NCBI GenBank assembly: GCA_963779755.1
Contig: CAVZZO010000003.1
Coordinates: 1,216,001 to 1,280,000 of the forward strand
DNA: 64,000 nucleotides
Reading direction: 5' to 3'
Origin: an uncultured Gemmatimonadales bacterium
GTDB taxonomy: Bacteria > Gemmatimonadota > Gemmatimonadetes > Gemmatimonadales > GWC2-71-9
Shown here: one piece after another, positions 18,421 to 28,492 of the stretch
Layout: the number at the start of each line of letters is the position of its first letter
How positions within the stretch are numbered: the first letter of the stretch is position 1
The notes under the pieces: generated by a model
Database searches by the model: none
What the model saw: the letters and a program-made list of their open reading frames with translations, nothing else
Told to the model about the DNA's origin: nothing
Made by a program: the position numbers and the translations under genes

Positions 18421-19476
18421 ATGCTCCGCTCATTCCAAGGCTTCTGCCGCGCCGGGAAATTGCCGGCGGCCGCGCTGTTGATCCTCCTTCTGGCGCAGGA
18501 GGTCCACGCGCAGGGCTGCATGCCGCTCAAGTTTCTCTCGCCGGGGATGGCGGGCCTGCAATCGAGCTATCTGCGCCCTGGCGAATGGCAGGTCGGCGTC
18601 TCCGTGCGCCGGGTCACGACCAACAAGGTCTACGTCGGATCGAAGGAGGACCTGAGCGCCGCGCCGGGGGGCCAGCCGCTCTATCTCCATCTCAATTCGC
18701 TCGACCTGAGCGCCACCTATGCGCTGTCCGACCGGCTCAGCCTCACCGCCACCGTGCCGTTCTCCTACAGCACGGCCAGCAACATCTTCCCCGACGGCAA
18801 CCGGCATCAGAACTCGAGCGGCGGGGTGGGCGATGTGAACCTGGTGGGGAACCTCTGGGTGCTGGATCCGGGCAGCCACGTCGGCGGCAACGTGGTGGTG
18901 GGGCTCGGGATGAAGGCGCCCACCGGCCGCTATCACGCGACCGACGATTTCTGGACGCCGGGCGGGATCACCCAGGAGCCGGTGCCGCAGACCATCCAGC
19001 AGGGCGACGGCGGCTGGGCCATCCTGGCCCAGGCCCAGGGATACCTGCAGCTCGTTCCTCGGGTCTCCGCCTACCTCTCCGCCCAGTACTCCGCGAGTCT
19101 GCGCCAGCACACCGACGTCATCTGGGCGCCCGCGGGCGTCGAGTGGGCCGTGCCGGACGTGTACTCCGCGCGCGGCGGCTTTACCTATTTCCTGCTCCCG
19201 CACCAGGGCCTGTCGCTCAGCGCCGGCGGGCGCATCGACGGCACCACCCGGAGCGACCTGTTCCACTCGGCGGGCGACTTTTACCGCCATGCGGGGTATG
19301 CCGCTTATCTCGAGCCGGGACTGGTCCTGGTGAGTGGTCCCAACCAGTTCACGGTCACCGTCCCGGTCCGGTTGGCGGCCCGCTACCTCAGCATGCAGAC
19401 CAGTACCGGCGTGCGGGTGGGCGTGGGTGGCGTCAACGATTACCTGATCTACGCCAGCTTCACCCGGCGTCTGTAG
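18421..19476 (+). CDS. Exported protein, probable outer-membrane beta-barrel
   Basis: Signal peptide ending VHA-QGC; GVGDV and GMKAPTG motifs; alternating beta-strand pattern. Confidence 0.65.
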   Translation: MLRSFQGFCRAGKLPAAALLILLLAQEVHAQGCMPLKFLSPGMAGLQSSYLRPGEWQVGVSVRRVTTNKVYVGSKEDLSAAPGGQPLYLHLNSLDLSATYALSDRLSLTATVPFSYSTASNIFPDGNRHQNSSGGVGDVNLVGNLWVLDPGSHVGGNVVVGLGMKAPTGRYHATDDFWTPGGITQEPVPQTIQQGDGGWAILAQAQGYLQLVPRVSAYLSAQYSASLRQHTDVIWAPAGVEWAVPDVYSARGGFTYFLLPHQGLSLSAGGRIDGTTRSDLFHSAGDFYRHAGYAAYLEPGLVLVSGPNQFTVTVPVRLAARYLSMQTSTGVRVGVGGVNDYLIYASFTRRL

Positions 19477-19485
19477 GCCGGGCTC

Positions 19486-21870
19486 TCAGCCTGGCACGGG
19501 GAGATGCAGCCGCCGGAGCAGCGCCTGGAAGCGGGGGTCACTGCGGTAGGGCCGGAAGGCGGGCTCCACGCCCAGCTGCCAGAGCAGCCATTCCCGGGTG
19601 CCCACCGCCCGGTCCAGGTCGGCGAGCATCCTCGTGCGGTCGCCCAGCGATGCATGGATCATTGCCAGGCGGAACCAATCGACGCCGGCTCCTCCCGCAC
19701 CGGGCGCGCCCCAGGATCTCAGCGCAAGGTCGCCCTCACCGCAACGGCCCAGCGCCCAGCCCATCGAGCCGCCGTCCGTCGGCCTGATGCCATGCGCCTG
19801 TTGCAGGGCCTTGACCTCGACACATCGGTTCTGCGCGGCGTACACAGCCGCCAACTGAATGATGGCCTGCCGGAACTCGGGTTCGCGGGACAGTACCTGA
19901 GTCAACTGGGCAGCGGCTGCCTCCAGCGAGTCGGAGAAGTAGAGGATGGTCCCCACTCGCGTATGGATGATGCTGGAACTGGGGTCGAGCTGCCGGGCGC
20001 GCCGGATGCTGAGCCGGGCCGAATCGAGCCGGCCGAGGCCGACATAATACCAGCTGCGGAAGAGCCAGATGTCGGCCCGGGTGGAATCGAGCTGCACCGC
20101 CCGCGTGAACTCGATGGCCGCGGCGGCCCAGTCCCGCTCATCCACATCCATGAACCCGAGGGTCATGTGCGCCACCGCCAGGGAGCTGTCGAGACGGAGG
20201 GCCCGGTCCACCGCGCGGCGGGCAGTCAGCCGGTCGGCCTCTTCGGTGCCGGATAGGCAGAACCCGGCCCGCAGAATACTGACTTGCGCCAGATCCGCCC
20301 ATGCGCGGGCGTAGGCGGAATCAATCCGGGTGGCGGCCGTCAGGAGCGACATCGCCCGACTGAGCGATGTGCAATCCCGTTTCTCACTGTACCAGCGCGC
20401 CAGCAGCAGGCTGTCATGCGCGGCGGGATCCTCCGGCCGGGCCTGTCGCGTCGCGGTCGCCACGACGGAGGCCGGGCCGGACAGTCTTAGCCTCGTGATA
20501 AGCGCCTGCGAGAGGCCGTCTTCCAGGCCGAACAGGTTCCGCGCGCCGGCGGTCACCGCTACCGCGGGAAGGAACGCATTCTTCCGCGCGTTGTACGGCC
20601 GGACCGTTACCCGGATGGAGTCTGCCTGGCGGAGCACCGCTCCCGTAAGAACGATGTCGGCATCCAGCTCGTTGCGAATCGATGCGAGGTCAGGATGGTT
20701 GCGGAACCGCCGGTCCTGGGGCATGGGGCGGACCACCAGATCCGGCACGCCGGCTAGCGCGCCCAGGATTTCCTCCGGGATGCCGTCGGCCAGATAGGCG
20801 TCGCCGGAGTCGCCGCTGTAATTCTCGAACGGCAGGGCAATGATAGAGCGCACCGGGGTGGTGCCCACCGCGCTGGCCGGCGCCTGCCGGCGCGCCGCGA
20901 CTCGCCAGCCCAGCACGAGCAGCGCCACCGCGGCCACCGCCGTTCCTGCCGCCAGCCCCAACCACCGCCATGATCTGCTTCCCGGTCGCTCCCCCGCCGC
21001 GCGCTCGCCGCTCAACGCCCCTTGCAGCTGCGCCGCCGTCTGAAACCGCCGCGCCGGATCGCGCGCCATCGCCGTGAGAATCGCTCCGCTCAGGTAGGAT
21101 GGCAGTTCGCGCCGGCGGCGGGAGGGCGGCACCGGCGTCCCGGTCAGCGCCTGCGCCACGATGGCCTGGGCAGTGGGACCCTGAAAGGGCGGCTCGCCGG
21201 TGCTCGCCTCGTAGAGCATGACGCCGAGCGCGTAGATATCGCTCCGGGCATCCAGATTGCGCTCCCCCAGGGCCTGCTCCGGACTCATGTACTGCGGCGT
21301 GCCCAGCGACAGCCCGGTCTCCGTCAGCCGGCCGCCGCCGGCGGCATCGGTGGCCAGGGCGATGCCGAAATCGGCCACCAGCGCCTGATCTTCCGAGAGG
21401 AGAATGTTCTCCGGCTTGATGTCCCGGTGAATCACGCCCCGCCGGTGGGCGTAGTCCAGCGCGCTGGCCACCGCCTCGCCGATCCGGACCGTCTCCGCGA
21501 TCGGCAGCGGCCCTTCCCGGACCAACCGGTCGCGCAGCGACTCGCCCTCGACGTAGGGCATGACATAGTAGAGGGCAGCCCTGGGACCTTCTATCCCTGC
21601 TTCGTCGAGGGGAAGTTCCACCTGCCCTGAGTCAAACAGCGGCAGGATATGGGGATGCTGCAGGTTGGCCGTGGTGCGGATCTCGGCCAGGAAGCGCTCC
21701 GCCCCGATCACCGCCGCGAGCTCCGGCCGCAGCACTTTGAGCGCGACCCGGCGCTCGTGCTTCAGGTCATAGGCCAGATAGACGGTGGCCATGCCGCCCG
21801 CGCCCAGCTCGCGTTCGAGCCGGTAGCGGTCGGCCAGCGCCGACGCGAGCTGGGCGAACCTGTCGGTCAC
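19486..21870 (-). CDS. Hanks-type Ser/Thr protein kinase with TM, TolB-N-like and TPR domains
   Basis: GAGGMATV, VALK, HRDIKPEN, DFG and GTPQYMSPE; TM; IIALPFEN; TPR-like helices. Confidence 0.93.
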   Translation of the reverse strand: MTDRFAQLASALADRYRLERELGAGGMATVYLAYDLKHERRVALKVLRPELAAVIGAERFLAEIRTTANLQHPHILPLFDSGQVELPLDEAGIEGPRAALYYVMPYVEGESLRDRLVREGPLPIAETVRIGEAVASALDYAHRRGVIHRDIKPENILLSEDQALVADFGIALATDAAGGGRLTETGLSLGTPQYMSPEQALGERNLDARSDIYALGVMLYEASTGEPPFQGPTAQAIVAQALTGTPVPPSRRRRELPSYLSGAILTAMARDPARRFQTAAQLQGALSGERAAGERPGSRSWRWLGLAAGTAVAAVALLVLGWRVAARRQAPASAVGTTPVRSIIALPFENYSGDSGDAYLADGIPEEILGALAGVPDLVVRPMPQDRRFRNHPDLASIRNELDADIVLTGAVLRQADSIRVTVRPYNARKNAFLPAVAVTAGARNLFGLEDGLSQALITRLRLSGPASVVATATRQARPEDPAAHDSLLLARWYSEKRDCTSLSRAMSLLTAATRIDSAYARAWADLAQVSILRAGFCLSGTEEADRLTARRAVDRALRLDSSLAVAHMTLGFMDVDERDWAAAAIEFTRAVQLDSTRADIWLFRSWYYVGLGRLDSARLSIRRARQLDPSSSIIHTRVGTILYFSDSLEAAAAQLTQVLSREPEFRQAIIQLAAVYAAQNRCVEVKALQQAHGIRPTDGGSMGWALGRCGEGDLALRSWGAPGAGGAGVDWFRLAMIHASLGDRTRMLADLDRAVGTREWLLWQLGVEPAFRPYRSDPRFQALLRRLHLPVPG

Positions 21871-22045
21871 TGCGGTGTCCTCTGGGGGGAGAGGGGACGG
21901 CGCCCGCCGGCGTTCCGCGGCGGACGACCGCCCTTAGGATGCCGACCGGCCAGACCGGGCGCAAGGGCCGCCGCGGGCACCCGGCAGAACGCGGCACCGC
22001 CGGCGTCCGGCTTCTTGCCGGCCGCGGGCAACGGTACATTAGGTC

Positions 22046-23581
22046 ATGCGACGGCTCCTCCCATTATTGCTGGTCGTTCTGGCGGGCTGCGGCGGCGAAT
22101 CCGGCCACTCGCACACGCTGCAGTACTATTTCACCTACGATCCGCGCTCCCTCGACCCGGCGATGTCCACCGACGTCCCCACCGGCGAGGTCATAGCGAC
22201 CCTGTTCGACAACCTCACCCAGTTCAATGTCGATGGAGAGCTGAAGCCGGGGCTGGCGCGCGACTGGGTGGTGGACTCCAGCGGCCTGCGCTACACCTTT
22301 CACCTGCGCACCGATGCGCGGTTCCACGACGGCACCCCGGTGCGCGCCCGGGACGTACGCCAGACCTATCTCCGGGCGCTGGACCCCGGCGCCACCGGCG
22401 GCCGCCCCTGGCCTCTCTACCCCATTGCCGGCGCGCAGGAGTACGCCGACGGCAAGGCGGCCGATGTGAGCGGCCTGGCGGTGCCCAACGATTCTACCGT
22501 GGTCATCACGCTGCGGGCCCCGCTCAACGTCTTCCCCAAACTGCTGGCGATGCCGGTGACGGCCATCGTGCCCGCCTCCATCCCGGCGGGGTTCGATCAG
22601 CATCCCGTCGGCAGCGGACCCTGGCGCTTCGTGTCCTGGTCGCACGACGATCAGATCCTGCTGGCCAAGAACCTCGACTACTGGGGCGGGCCTCCCGAGG
22701 CCGACAGCCTCCGCATCCGCATCATTCCCGAGCCGCTCACCCAGGCGGCGGAATACGAAGCCGGCCAGCTCAGCGTGGTGGAGATTCCCTTCGGCGAGAG
22801 CGCGCGCTGGCAGCAGCAGCACGGCCCGGAGATCCACCGGCGGCCGGCCCTGCGCGATCTCTACATCGCCATCAATACCACCCGCGGCCCGCTGCGCGAC
22901 GTGCGGGTGCGCCGGGCGCTCAATTACGCGGTGGACATTCCCACCATCCTGAAGACCGTGATCGGCGGCCGGGGCATCCCCGCCGCCGGCGCGCTCCCGC
23001 CCGGCATTCTGGGCTACGACTCCACCCGCGCTCCCTACGCCCACGACCCGGTGAAGGCGCGGCGGCTCCTGCGCGAGGCGGGCTATCCCGACGGCTTCGC
23101 GCTGCAGCTGTGGCGCACCCAGCGCACCGAGCTGGCCCGGGTGGCCCAGGCGGTACAGCAGCAGCTCGCGGCGGTGGGGGTTCGGGTGGAGATCGTCGAG
23201 CGCGACGCCTCCGCCGCCCGGGCCGCCGCGCGCAAGGGCGACACCGACCTGTTCCTCACCGACTGGTACGCCGACTACCCCGACCCCGAAGATTTCAACT
23301 ATCCGCTCTTCTACTCGGGCAACAAGGGCACCGGCGGGAATTACGCCTTCTTCAGCGACCCCACCGTCGACTCCCTGATCCTGCTGGCCCGGCGCACGCC
23401 GGACGAGCGGGAAAAGGCCCGGCTCTCGCGGGAGATCGACAGCCGGGTCTTCGACTCGGCACCCTGGATCTTCTGCTACTTCCCGGTGGACATGTGGGCC
23501 GAGCGGCCCGAGGTCACCGGCTGGGAAATTCCCGCCATCTTCAACGGCCAGCGCTGGACCACCGTGCATTACCGCCAGTGA
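22046..23581 (+). CDS. Peptide/nickel ABC transporter substrate-binding lipoprotein
   Basis: Lipobox LAGC; SLDPA, FHDGTP, GSGPW and VRRALNYAVD motifs. Confidence 0.92.
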   Translation: MRRLLPLLLVVLAGCGGESGHSHTLQYYFTYDPRSLDPAMSTDVPTGEVIATLFDNLTQFNVDGELKPGLARDWVVDSSGLRYTFHLRTDARFHDGTPVRARDVRQTYLRALDPGATGGRPWPLYPIAGAQEYADGKAADVSGLAVPNDSTVVITLRAPLNVFPKLLAMPVTAIVPASIPAGFDQHPVGSGPWRFVSWSHDDQILLAKNLDYWGGPPEADSLRIRIIPEPLTQAAEYEAGQLSVVEIPFGESARWQQQHGPEIHRRPALRDLYIAINTTRGPLRDVRVRRALNYAVDIPTILKTVIGGRGIPAAGALPPGILGYDSTRAPYAHDPVKARRLLREAGYPDGFALQLWRTQRTELARVAQAVQQQLAAVGVRVEIVERDASAARAAARKGDTDLFLTDWYADYPDPEDFNYPLFYSGNKGTGGNYAFFSDPTVDSLILLARRTPDEREKARLSREIDSRVFDSAPWIFCYFPVDMWAERPEVTGWEIPAIFNGQRWTTVHYRQ

Positions 23582-24498
23582 CCCGGTTTCTCCTCCGCCG
23601 CCTGCTCCTGGTGGTGCCGACGCTGCTGGGCGTGCTGGTGGTGGCCTTTCTCCTGTTGTACGTGGCGCCGGGCGATCCGGTGCAGGCGATGGTCGGCGAA
23701 CGGGCCGATCCCGCCACCATCGCCCGGCTGCGGGCGCAGCTCCGGCTGGACGACCCGCTGCCCACCCAGTTCGTCCATTACGTGGGAGGGGTGGTTCGCG
23801 GCGATCTGGGCACCTCCTACATCACCCGGCGGCCCATCCTGCGCGACCTGCTGGAACGCTTTCCCGCCACGCTGCGCCTGGCGGCGGCCGCCATGCTCTT
23901 CGCCACCTGCACCGGGGTGCTGATCGGCGTCTACGGGGCGTGGCGCCCGACCTCGTGGATCGACCGGTTCACCACCGTAGGCGCCTACCTCGGCGTATCG
24001 TTTCCGGTCTACTGGGTGGGCCTGCTGCTGATTCTCATCTTTGCGGTGCAGCTGCGCTGGCTGCCGCCGTCGGGATCGGGCGGCCTGGCCTACCTGATCC
24101 TCCCCGCCCTGACGCTGGGGATGCGGTCGGTGGCGTTCCTGGCCCGGATGACCCGCGCCTCCATGCAGGAGGTGCTGGGCAGCGATTTCGTGCGCACCGC
24201 CCGGGCCAAGGGGTTGGGGGAACGCCGGGTGGTGCTGCGCCACGCCCTGCAGAATGCCCTCCTGCCGGTGCTCACGGTGCTGGGGCTCGACTTCGGCAGC
24301 TATCTCACCGGGTCGATCCTCACCGAGACCATCTTCAGCTGGCCCGGCGTGGGCCGCTACGTGCTGAACGCGATCGACAAGCGCGACCTCCCCGCCATCC
24401 AGGGAAGTATTCTCTTTCTCAGCCTCGTCTTTGTCCTCGTCAACCTGATTACCGATCTGGCCTATGCGAAAGCTGATCCGAGAGTGGCGTATGACTGA
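23578..24498 (+). CDS. Peptide ABC transporter permease (DppB/OppB-like)
   Basis: PGDP, GDLGTSY, RTARAKGL and ETIFSWPGVG motifs; GTG start overlaps the upstream stop. Confidence 0.92.
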   Translation: MTRFLLRRLLLVVPTLLGVLVVAFLLLYVAPGDPVQAMVGERADPATIARLRAQLRLDDPLPTQFVHYVGGVVRGDLGTSYITRRPILRDLLERFPATLRLAAAAMLFATCTGVLIGVYGAWRPTSWIDRFTTVGAYLGVSFPVYWVGLLLILIFAVQLRWLPPSGSGGLAYLILPALTLGMRSVAFLARMTRASMQEVLGSDFVRTARAKGLGERRVVLRHALQNALLPVLTVLGLDFGSYLTGSILTETIFSWPGVGRYVLNAIDKRDLPAIQGSILFLSLVFVLVNLITDLAYAKADPRVAYD

Positions 24499-26077
24499 GG
24501 ACGGCAGGACGGCCCTGAAGGACTTCCTCGCGGCCTCGCACCTGGAGGGCCGCTCGGTCGCAGGGCGGCAGGACGGCAAGAGTACGCGCGTCTTCTTCCT
24601 TACCGCCCTTACCGCCTTTACCGCCTTTACCGCCTTGACCGCCGCTCCGCTGCACGCGCAGAGCCTCGGCAAGCGGCTCGACCGGCGGCTGGCGGCCGAG
24701 CCCTGGAGCCACAACCTCTGGGGCATCGCGGTGATGGACGACCGGGGACATCTGCTCTACGGCCACAACCCGGAAAAGCTGTTCATGCCCGCCAGCAACA
24801 CCAAGCTGGTGGTCACCACGGTGGCCTCGGCGCTGCTGCCGCCGGACTGGACGGTGAAGACCAGCCTCTACGGCACCGGGCCGCTGGTCAATGGCGTACT
24901 GCAAGGCGATCTGATCCTCTACGGCCGGGGCGATCCCACCTTCAGCGAACGCTGCTATGCGGTGGACACGCTGCAGGCCGGCGTGTGTGATGCCGATCCG
25001 TTCGCCCCGCTCAGGCAACTGGCCCAGGGCCTCAAGGCCCGCGGCGTGCGCGCCGTGCAGGGCGACCTGGTGGGTGACGGCAGCTACTTCGCACCGCCCC
25101 TGGTGAACCCCGGATGGGAGACCTACGACCTCAACTGGTGGTACGCCGCGCCGGTGAGCGGCCTCGGCTTCAACGACAACAGCCTGAACCTCACCTGGGG
25201 GCCGGGCGCGGCCGAGAACGCGCCGGCCGGGATCGTGTTCGCGCCCGACCTGGGCGATGTGGTCCTGGAGAACCGCACCATCACGGGGCCGGCGGGCTCG
25301 GAAACCACCATCGACTTCTTCCGCCAGCCGGGTACACTGCACCTCTGGGCGGAAGGGGCGGTCGCGCTGGATCACCGGGGCCGCACCGAATACTTCGCGC
25401 TTCCCGACCCGGACCTCTATACCGCACGGGCCCTGCGCCAGGCACTCGCCGAGGCGGGCATCGCGGTGCTGGGCACCACGCGTTCGACCACCGATTCGCT
25501 GCAGTACCGTGATGCTCGCGGCACGCCGCCCCTGGCGGAGGTCACCTCGCGCCCCTTCAAGGACTGGATCTTCCCCATTCTCAACACCAGCCAGAACTGG
25601 TTCGCCGAGATGGTGCTGAAGCAGCTGGGCAAGCAGTTCGGCGCGGCGGGATCGTGGACCGAGGGTCTGCGGGTGGAGCGGCGGTTTCTCGTCGATTCGG
25701 TGGGGCTCGATTCCACCCTCTTCAGCCTGAGCGACGGCTCGGGGCTCTCCAGCTCCAACCTGGTGAGCCCCCTGGCATTCACCCGGATCCTCCAGTTCAT
25801 CCGGCACCATCCGCACTGGAGCACCTTCGCCGCGGGGCTGCCCCGCAGCGGGGCCACCGGCTCGCTGCGGCACCGCTTCGTGGGCACGCCGCTGGAGGGG
25901 CGGGTCCAGGCCAAGACCGGCAGCATCTCCCGGGTCAATACGCTCTCCGGGTTCATCGAGCTGACCAACGGCCGTTTCCTGACCTTTTCGGTCGAAGCCA
26001 ACCACCACGCCCAGCATGGCAACGCCATGATCGCGCAGATTGACAGCCTGGTGGTGGAAATGGGCAAGGGACGCTAG
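24491..26077 (+). CDS. dacB: D-Ala-D-Ala carboxypeptidase/endopeptidase (PBP4, peptidase S13)
   Basis: PASNTK (SxxK), SQN, DGSGLS and AKTG motifs; start is uncertain because the N-terminus contains repeat DNA. Confidence 0.88.
   Translation: MTEDGRTALKDFLAASHLEGRSVAGRQDGKSTRVFFLTALTAFTAFTALTAAPLHAQSLGKRLDRRLAAEPWSHNLWGIAVMDDRGHLLYGHNPEKLFMPASNTKLVVTTVASALLPPDWTVKTSLYGTGPLVNGVLQGDLILYGRGDPTFSERCYAVDTLQAGVCDADPFAPLRQLAQGLKARGVRAVQGDLVGDGSYFAPPLVNPGWETYDLNWWYAAPVSGLGFNDNSLNLTWGPGAAENAPAGIVFAPDLGDVVLENRTITGPAGSETTIDFFRQPGTLHLWAEGAVALDHRGRTEYFALPDPDLYTARALRQALAEAGIAVLGTTRSTTDSLQYRDARGTPPLAEVTSRPFKDWIFPILNTSQNWFAEMVLKQLGKQFGAAGSWTEGLRVERRFLVDSVGLDSTLFSLSDGSGLSSSNLVSPLAFTRILQFIRHHPHWSTFAAGLPRSGATGSLRHRFVGTPLEGRVQAKTGSISRVNTLSGFIELTNGRFLTFSVEANHHAQHGNAMIAQIDSLVVEMGKGR
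24493..24643. repeat. Tandem repeats inside the dacB 5' end (GACGGCAG units; YTKACCGCC x5)
   Basis: 24599-24643 is five 9-bp units encoding LTALTAFTAFTALTA. Confidence 0.85.
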
Positions 26078-26092
26078 CAATAAGGCACCGCC

Positions 26093-26605
26093 ATGCTTCT
26101 ACTTCTTGTACGCCATGCCCATGCCGGCGAACGCGATCCGGCGAAGTACCCGGACGACGCGCTGCGCCCGCTCACCCGCAAGGGGAAGGGCATGCACGAC
26201 CGCATCAGCCGGCAGCTCGCCAGAAGCGGCATCAAGCCCGGCCTCATCCTCTCCAGCCCCTGGAAGCGGGCGCTGCAGACGGCAACCATCATGGCCGATG
26301 CCTTCAGCACGCGGAACGGCCCGGCACCGGTGCACCCGACCGCGGCGCTCGCCCAGGCGCCCAGCCTGGCGGCGCTCCGCAAGGAACTCCAGGCGCAGGC
26401 GGAGAAGGACGTGGTAGCCCTCGTGGGTCACGAGCCCTGGATGAGCCAGCTGGCGGCCCTGCTGCTCACCGGCCGGCGCGAAGGCGTGAGCATCGCCTTT
26501 CCCAAGAGCGGCATGATGGGCATCGAGGTGGCCGAGGCGGCCGCGGGGGAAGGCATGCTGCGGTTCTTCTGGCGTCCCAAGATGCTCAAGGACACCACCG
26601 ATTGA
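26093..26605 (+). CDS. sixA: SixA-like phosphohistidine phosphatase
   Basis: RHA, RPLT, SSPWKRALQTA and LVGHEP motifs. Confidence 0.85.
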   Translation: MLLLLVRHAHAGERDPAKYPDDALRPLTRKGKGMHDRISRQLARSGIKPGLILSSPWKRALQTATIMADAFSTRNGPAPVHPTAALAQAPSLAALRKELQAQAEKDVVALVGHEPWMSQLAALLLTGRREGVSIAFPKSGMMGIEVAEAAAGEGMLRFFWRPKMLKDTTD

Positions 26606-26675
26606 TCACTGACGGTGCAGGTTACGCAGACGCCGCGGATTGGCCCGGCGGGACTTCAGGAATGAGCCGAGCGCC

Positions 26676-27221
26676 GTGAAGATCTACACCAAGACCGGCG
26701 ATGCCGGCGATACCGGACTGTTTGGCGGGGGCCGCGTACCCAAGAGCCACCCCCGCGTCGCGGCGTACGGCGACGTGGACGAACTGAACGCGGTGATCGG
26801 CCTGGTGCGCGCCACGCCGCCCGGCGACTTCCACGACCGGCTCTTCGAGCGCATCCAGCGCGATCTCTTCGCCATCGGCGGCCATCTGGCCACCCCAGAC
26901 CCGGCCCGGGTCCGCCAGGCGCTGGAGAAGGCCACGCTCTCCTCCTCCCGGGTGGAGGAATTCGAGCAGCTGATGGACGCCGCCGACGGCACCCTGCCGC
27001 CGCTCCGCGCCTTCATTCTGCCGGCCGGGACGCAGAAGGCCGCCTGGCTTCATCTGGCCCGCACCGTCTGCCGCCGGGCCGAGCGCCACGTGGTGGCCCT
27101 GGCGCAGGCGGAGCCGGTCCCCGGCCTCTTCCTGGTCTACCTCAACCGGCTGTCCGACCTGCTGTTCACGCTCGCCCGCCTGGCCAATCATGAGGCCGGG
27201 GTCCCCGATACCACCTGGTGA
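26676..27221 (+). CDS. PduO-type cob(I)alamin adenosyltransferase
   Basis: KIYTKTGD, YGDVDELN, RTVCRRAER and YLNRLSD motifs. Confidence 0.93.
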   Translation: MKIYTKTGDAGDTGLFGGGRVPKSHPRVAAYGDVDELNAVIGLVRATPPGDFHDRLFERIQRDLFAIGGHLATPDPARVRQALEKATLSSSRVEEFEQLMDAADGTLPPLRAFILPAGTQKAAWLHLARTVCRRAERHVVALAQAEPVPGLFLVYLNRLSDLLFTLARLANHEAGVPDTTW

Positions 27222-28327
27222 GCCCCACCCCCGGCACCTGCGTCGTCCGCCACGCCACCGGCAGCTATCCCGTGCAGGTGGATCCGGGCCTGTTGCGCCG
27301 GCTGCCGGAGCTGCTGGACGACGCGGTTCCCGGCCACGACCGCGTACTCATTACCGACGATCAGGTGGCGGAGGCCTCAGCCGCGTGGCTGCCCGCATCG
27401 CCCTGGCGCAGCCGCCTCACCTTCCGGGCCGGGGAGAGTTCCAAGACCGTCGAGACCTGGTCGCGGCTGTCGGAGGAGCTGCTGGAGGCGGGGTTCGGCC
27501 GCCGCTCCGCCGTGCTGGCCCTGGGCGGCGGAGTCACCGGCGACCTCGCCGGGTTCGTGGCGGCAACCTACCTGCGCGGCATTCCCCTGGTGCACCTGCC
27601 CACCTCGCTGGTGGCCATGGTGGATGCCTCCATCGGAGGCAAGACCGGCGTGAATACCGCGAGGGGCAAGAACCTGCTCGGGGCGTTCCATCCGCCCGTG
27701 CTGGTGCTGAGCGACCCGCAGGCCCTCGCCACATTGCCGGAAGCGGAGTACCGCGCCGGGCTCGCGGAAGCGGTGAAGCACGGCCTGGTCGCGGACCGCG
27801 CCTACTTCGAATGGATGGAACGGGAGGCGGCGGCTCTCCTGGCCCGCGAGCCGGCGTCGCTGCTGGAGCTGGTGCGGCGCAGTGTCTCCCTCAAGGCCTC
27901 GGTGGTCTCCGCGGATGAACGGGAAACCGGCCGCCGGGCGATCCTCAATGCAGGCCACACCGTGGCCCACGGCCTGGAGCGCGCCTCGCACTGGCGGCTG
28001 CGCCATGGCGAAGCGGTGGCGATCGGGCTGGTGGTGGAAGCCTGGATGGCGGGCCGTATGGGGATGGCGCCACCCGATTTGAGTGGACGGCTGGCGCGGC
28101 TGCTCGAGCGCCTGGGGCTTCCGGTCCGTTCGCCGGAGGGGATGGACCAGGACACGGTGCTGGCCGCCATGGGGTGTGACAAAAAGAACCGCGACGGCGC
28201 GGTGCGTTTCGCCCTTCCCTCAGGTGTGGGTGAAATGCACCAGAAGGGTGACAGCTGGACGACGTCAGTTGAGCGTCATCTGATCGTTGAAGCGCTGACT
28301 GTCCACGGTGTCCACGTTTCCACTTGA
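27218..28327 (+). CDS. aroB: 3-dehydroquinate synthase
   Basis: GGGVTGDLAGF, DASIGGKTGVN, NAGHT, HGEAV and DKK motifs. Confidence 0.95.
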   Translation: MSPTPGTCVVRHATGSYPVQVDPGLLRRLPELLDDAVPGHDRVLITDDQVAEASAAWLPASPWRSRLTFRAGESSKTVETWSRLSEELLEAGFGRRSAVLALGGGVTGDLAGFVAATYLRGIPLVHLPTSLVAMVDASIGGKTGVNTARGKNLLGAFHPPVLVLSDPQALATLPEAEYRAGLAEAVKHGLVADRAYFEWMEREAAALLAREPASLLELVRRSVSLKASVVSADERETGRRAILNAGHTVAHGLERASHWRLRHGEAVAIGLVVEAWMAGRMGMAPPDLSGRLARLLERLGLPVRSPEGMDQDTVLAAMGCDKKNRDGAVRFALPSGVGEMHQKGDSWTTSVERHLIVEALTVHGVHVST

Positions 28328-28463
28328 AGGTATTTCCCCATCATCAACGCAACATCAACCTCTGATCCTGCAGCAACTTACAGAACAGGATGTTGCGGGA
28401 TCCTGACCGCGACGTTGAAGAAACGTTCATAGTTTCTCGTGCCGTTCCGGCCCGGCATTTTTC

Positions 28464-28492
28464 TTGACCCAACCTTCTACAAAACCTATATT
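28464..28492 (+). promoter_or_regulatory. Sigma-70-type promoter
   Basis: TTGACC-N17-TATATT in an AT-rich region upstream of the sigma factor gene. Confidence 0.65.

Noticed and set aside
21649..23577. Long N-terminal extension of the ABC permease (949-aa ORF); similar extensions on glcD and glcE
   Set aside because: Alternative-frame overlap with upstream genes; the true starts are at the stop/start overlaps
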